From assembly GCF_002310835.1 (NCBI RefSeq), contig NZ_CP011041.1, forward strand, positions 180,001 through 212,000: a stretch of 32,000 nucleotides of DNA, read 5' to 3'. The DNA comes from Pseudoalteromonas tetraodonis (GTDB lineage: Bacteria > Pseudomonadota > Gammaproteobacteria > Enterobacterales > Alteromonadaceae). The position numbers and the translations under genes were made by a program. Shown piece after piece: positions 27,843-32,000 of the stretch (the stretch's first letter is position 1; every line of letters starts with the position of its first letter). Under the pieces are notes generated by a model, which saw nothing but the letters and a program-made list of their open reading frames with translations, was not told the origin of the DNA and did no database searches.

Positions 27843-29075
27843 ATGAATTTAATGCAATTGCGCGCGCAATTTCCTGCTTTAATGCAAACTGTTGATGGCA
27901 AGTCACCGGTGTTTTTAGATGGGCCAGGTGGCTCACAAGTACCTCAGTCGGTACTCAATGCCATGACCGCTTATTTAGGGCATTACAATTCAAACTTGGG
28001 CGGTGCGTTTTTCTCAAGTGACAAAACGGTTGAGCTGATGGCGAATGCGCGTCAAGCGGCGGCTGATTTGTTAAATGCGCCCAGTGCACAAAATATTGTG
28101 TTTGGCCCTAATATGACTAGCCTAACATTTAGCTTTAGCCGAGCAATTTCACGCAATTGGCAAGCAGGTGATGAAATTATAGTGACCAATGCTGATCATT
28201 TTTCAAATGTATCGTCTTGGCAGCAAGCCGCTGAAGATAAAGGCGCAGTGGTTAACACAGCGCTAATTAACGAAGCCGATTGTAGTTTAGATATGGCGCA
28301 TTTTGAAAGCTTATTAAACGCTAACACTAAATTGGTTGCGGTTACGTATGCATCAAATACCACTGGCTCTATTAACGATATTAAACGTATTATAGAGCTT
28401 GCTCATAATGTGGGTGCGTTGGTGTATGTTGATGCGGTGCATTATGCGCCACATGAACTGATTGATGTACAAGCGTTAGATTGCGACTTTTTAGCTTGTT
28501 CTGCATATAAGTTTTTTGGCCCGCACTTAGGCATGGTTTATGGTAAAACTGAGCACTTAGAAGGGTTTACACCTTATAAAGTAGAGCCAGCAAAAGATGT
28601 TGCACCAGGTCGCTGGGAAACCGGCACACAAAGTTTTGAGGCACTTGCAGGCTTTATTGCGGCGGTTGATTACATAGCGGCGATTAGCGAACTTGATGAC
28701 AGTCACTCACGCCGAGAAAAATTACGTGTTGCGTTTGCTAAAACAAAACAACATGAAATGGCATTGAGTGAATACTTTTTAACGCGTCTAGTTAACTACC
28801 CAAAAATTAAGTTGTTTGGTATAGACGATTTAGAGCGTTTGAGTGAGCGTACCCCTACGTTCGCACTGACCTTTGAAGGGTTAGAGCCTCGCCAAGTGTC
28901 TGAATTTTTGGGTAAACAACATGTATGTGTATGGGATGGTAATTTTTACGCCCAAGGTTTATGCAAACAACTGGGTGTGCTTGATAAGGGCGGCGTAGTA
29001 CGCATTGGTTGTATGCACTACAACACCATTGAAGAGATGGACACTTTGTTTGACTTGTTTGATGAGCTGATTTGA
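27843..29075 (+). CDS. Class-V PLP-dependent aminotransferase / cysteine-desulfurase-like protein
   Basis: It has fold-type I class V motifs (ASNTTG, VYVDAVHYAP) and a PLP-lysine context SAYKFFGPH. It starts 10 nt after the dioxygenase stop and has its own AAGAG SD. Confidence 0.85.
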   Translation: MNLMQLRAQFPALMQTVDGKSPVFLDGPGGSQVPQSVLNAMTAYLGHYNSNLGGAFFSSDKTVELMANARQAAADLLNAPSAQNIVFGPNMTSLTFSFSRAISRNWQAGDEIIVTNADHFSNVSSWQQAAEDKGAVVNTALINEADCSLDMAHFESLLNANTKLVAVTYASNTTGSINDIKRIIELAHNVGALVYVDAVHYAPHELIDVQALDCDFLACSAYKFFGPHLGMVYGKTEHLEGFTPYKVEPAKDVAPGRWETGTQSFEALAGFIAAVDYIAAISELDDSHSRREKLRVAFAKTKQHEMALSEYFLTRLVNYPKIKLFGIDDLERLSERTPTFALTFEGLEPRQVSEFLGKQHVCVWDGNFYAQGLCKQLGVLDKGGVVRIGCMHYNTIEEMDTLFDLFDELI

Positions 29076-29077
29076 AG

Positions 29078-29147
29078 CTGTCAGCTATAAGCCGTCAGCT
29101 TTCAGTTTAATGCAAATACTTGACAGTAGTCAGCAGTTAGTTAATTT
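29078..29147. repeat. Ten degenerate heptads (consensus CTGTCAG), in phase with the perfect array
   Basis: Parsed in 7s from 29078, the units read CTGTCAG CTATAAG CCGTCAG CTTTCAG TTTAATG CAAATAC TTGACAG TAGTCAG CAGTTAG TTAATTT. Seven of 10 units match the consensus at 5 or more of 7 positions. The frame runs straight into the array at 29148. Confidence 0.75.
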
Positions 29148-29702
<555 letters not shown>

Positions 29703-30407
29703 TTAGCTTTGTGGCGTTCCATAAATTTGCTCTGCTCGATTAAACAAAACCCATGAGGTTAAAATATACTTATCGTTTGATACTGGCTTATTGCCTCTAT
29801 GTGTATGCGTAAAGTAGCCTGGGGCAATTACCATGCTGCCTTTTTTAGGGGCTATTTTACGATTTTGATAATAAAACTCGGTTTCTCCGCCTTCTTCAAC
29901 ATCATTTAAATAAAACATAAATAACAACACCCGATGCAGTGCTTCATTATGCTGTAGCTGCGGATACACCTCACTGTGCCAATACGGATAACCGCCTTTA
30001 TTTACTTCGTATTTTTGCGCTTGAATATTACCGAGTCTAAAAATTTGCTGTACCAATAAGGGGAGTTGTGGTTTACCTACCTCGTCATAGTTGGCGTGAG
30101 TTAAATCAACCGGTTGTCCTGTTTTTGGGTGATATACCTTTAAACCAAATGCCCCAATCATCATAAAAATATGTTCTTCAATGTAGTTGAAAACATACTG
30201 TGCAGTGGTTTGTTGAATATGTTTTAATTGTTCTGCGTATTCAGGATGATTGTTTAAGTATAAGTCGTGGCTATCTTTTTTATTAAGGTCAACACCGCCC
30301 GATGTCATCCCTTGTTTAATATGCGGGCTTTGAGAAAAGGTAGTGATAAAGTTATCGCAAAATTCATTACTGAGCGCGTTGTCATACACGCGGATAAAGT
30401 CCGTCAT
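29703..30407 (-). CDS. 2OG-Fe(II) oxygenase superfamily protein (prolyl-hydroxylase-like fold)
   Basis: It has an HxE/D...H pattern (YWHSE ... THTHRG), and GGETEF and ILTSW are typical of small bacterial/phage 2OG-Fe(II) oxygenases. Its TAA stop is separated from the heptamer array by 2 nt. Confidence 0.72.
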   Translation of the reverse strand: MTDFIRVYDNALSNEFCDNFITTFSQSPHIKQGMTSGGVDLNKKDSHDLYLNNHPEYAEQLKHIQQTTAQYVFNYIEEHIFMMIGAFGLKVYHPKTGQPVDLTHANYDEVGKPQLPLLVQQIFRLGNIQAQKYEVNKGGYPYWHSEVYPQLQHNEALHRVLLFMFYLNDVEEGGETEFYYQNRKIAPKKGSMVIAPGYFTHTHRGNKPVSNDKYILTSWVLFNRAEQIYGTPQS

Positions 30408-30438
30408 GAGTTACCTGTTTAATTATTATTGGATTATT

Positions 30439-30837
30439 ATGTTTACTGAAAAAGTGATGCCGCGTTTTAGCGAAACGGATGCACTCGGACACATCAACAA
30501 TACCGTACTCCCCGTATGGTTTGAAGCGGCCCGAGTACCTATTTTTAAATTTTTTACGCCTGATCTAAATCCACACAACTGGAAGTTAATCATTGCTAAA
30601 GTAGAAGTGTCGTTTGTTGGCGAACTATTTTATGCCCATGAGGTGACAATTAACACCAGCATAGAGCAGATTGGCAATAGTTCATTTGTGATCCGCCAAG
30701 AAGCATGGCAGCAAGATAAGTGCTGCGCCATTGGTAAAACGGTGATGGTACGTTATGACTTTGCTAGTAAAACAAAGCAACTACTTTCGACTGATGAAAA
30801 AGCCGCATTAACACAGCACCTTGTAGCAGTTAGTTAA
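30439..30837 (+). CDS. Hotdog-fold acyl-CoA thioesterase (4HBT/YbgC-like)
   Basis: RFSETDALGHINNTV is the typical 4HBT N-terminal catalytic Asp context. The ATG at 30439 gives a 132-aa product. The track start at 30343 would overlap the divergent oxygenase gene. Confidence 0.8.
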   Translation: MFTEKVMPRFSETDALGHINNTVLPVWFEAARVPIFKFFTPDLNPHNWKLIIAKVEVSFVGELFYAHEVTINTSIEQIGNSSFVIRQEAWQQDKCCAIGKTVMVRYDFASKTKQLLSTDEKAALTQHLVAVS

Positions 30838-30844
30838 TCGCAGC

Positions 30845-32000
30845 TTAACTATGACAAGCAGGATGTTTAGTTAAATATTGCCCCAAGGCAATGACTTGTT
30901 TTTCAGTAAAGCGCAGCCCAAGCTTTGTTCGTCGCCAAAGTATATCTGCGCTGGTTCTTGCCCATTCATGGTTTACTAAGTAATCAACTTCTTGCGCATA
31001 AAGACCATGACCAAAGTGATAACCTAAATCGCCGATTGCTTGGCTGTTCCCCAGTAATTGATAACTAAGCGTGCCATAGCTGCGAACCATACGTTTTAAG
31101 GTGTCGATTGCCAGCCAAGGGTAGCTGCTTTCTAACTGTGCGCTAAGGTATGCTTGGTTACTAAAGTCACCGCCTGGTAAAGGGGCATCTTTCGTCCATG
31201 AGCCACTCATTTGTGGGTAAAAAGGCGCTAACTTATTGACGGCATTTTCTGCAAGCTTTCTATAAGTGGTAATTTTGCCACCAAACACACTTAATAATGG
31301 AGCATAATCAGCTTCATTATTTAATATCAGTTTGTAATCGCGGGTCACCGCTTGGGCATCTGTTGATTTGTCATCTAACAGCGGGCGCACGCCACTAAAC
31401 GTGTGCACAATATCCGCTTCGCTTATTGGCTTTTTAAAGTAATGATTAGTAATACTGATGAGATACTCGATTTCTTGCTCACTAATTTTTACATCAGCAA
31501 TATCGCCGGTGTACTCTTCATCTGTGGTGCCAATCAGTGAGTAATCTTGCTCATAAGGAATGACAAATACAATGCGGTTATCTTCATTTTGTAAAATATA
31601 GGCAACTGGCTCATCGTGGAGTCGGGGCACTACAATATGACTGCCTTTCACAAGGCGAATAGTGTGCGGTGTGGGCTGGGTAAATACATCTTCAAATAAT
31701 GACGCGACCCATGGGCCTGTGGCATTTACAACACTTTTTGCCTTTATATTTAGGTGCTGCTTGCTGGCTTGTTGCTCTAAAATCACATCCCAATAATCTG
31801 CGTTACGCGTTGCTTTAATGCAGCGGGTGCGTGTTGCAATGGTGGCGCCTAAATTATGAGCCGCTTGGGCGTTTAAAATCACTAAACGCGCGTCATCAAC
31901 CCAGCCGTCTGCGTATTCAAAGCCTTGGGTAATGCTGCTGTTAAGAACGCTATCGCTGTTAAACTCAATCGCCTTTGAAGCGGGTAAAGTATTACGCTTG
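30845..32000 (-). CDS. glpD: Aerobic glycerol-3-phosphate dehydrogenase, N-terminus outside the window
   Basis: It is collinear with E. coli GlpD from ...WVDDARLV(I)LNAQ to the C-terminus (NATGPWV, IRLVKGSHIVVPR, YILQNEDNRIVFVIP, LSVFGGKITTYRKLAE). The frame stays open to position 32000. Confidence 0.92.
   Translation of the reverse strand, partial: KRNTLPASKAIEFNSDSVLNSSITQGFEYADGWVDDARLVILNAQAAHNLGATIATRTRCIKATRNADYWDVILEQQASKQHLNIKAKSVVNATGPWVASLFEDVFTQPTPHTIRLVKGSHIVVPRLHDEPVAYILQNEDNRIVFVIPYEQDYSLIGTTDEEYTGDIADVKISEQEIEYLISITNHYFKKPISEADIVHTFSGVRPLLDDKSTDAQAVTRDYKLILNNEADYAPLLSVFGGKITTYRKLAENAVNKLAPFYPQMSGSWTKDAPLPGGDFSNQAYLSAQLESSYPWLAIDTLKRMVRSYGTLSYQLLGNSQAIGDLGYHFGHGLYAQEVDYLVNHEWARTSADILWRRTKLGLRFTEKQVIALGQYLTKHPACHS

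Noticed and set aside
30343-30438. N-terminal extension of the thioesterase ORF.
   Set aside because: It would overlap the divergent 2OG oxygenase coding region by 65 nt. The 4HBT fold begins at MFTEKVMPRFSETD (30439).

Overview
This is 32 kb of chromosomal, mostly housekeeping DNA from an AT-leaning (about 40% GC by eye) gammaproteobacterium. Gene content and order look Alteromonadales/Pseudoalteromonas-like: a divergent glnA/typA pair, a DUF4124 gene between glnA and ntrBC, yihY-dtd-yiiD, pldA, selO, acnB and glpD. That taxonomic placement is inference and is not verified. I support 30 protein-coding genes, 2 of them truncated by the window edges. I also support several intrinsic terminators, a sigma-54 glnA promoter with NtrC boxes, one lysine riboswitch and one very large tandem repeat. 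I found no rRNA, tRNA, CRISPR array, transposase, integrase or recognisable defence genes, so most of the window is ordinary core genome. Four things deserve a second look. (1) The whole spacer between two convergent genes (29076-29702) is built from 7-bp units: 10 decayed heptads followed in phase by 79 perfect copies of CTGACCG. (2) A minus-strand lysine riboswitch (about 20252-20450) heads a tightly packed four-gene operon: dapA-like, dapD-like, DAP-decarboxylase-like and an AstE/AspA-family desuccinylase. The composition suggests a non-canonical, DapE-independent end of the succinylase lysine pathway. (3) A free-amino-acid-hydroxylase-type 2OG-Fe dioxygenase is translationally coupled to a class-V PLP enzyme, next to a second 2OG oxygenase and a hotdog thioesterase. 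(4) A short BLUF photoreceptor gene has its ribosome-binding site buried in the terminator hairpin of the upstream gene. All functional calls come from motif and by-eye homology recognition. No database search was run.
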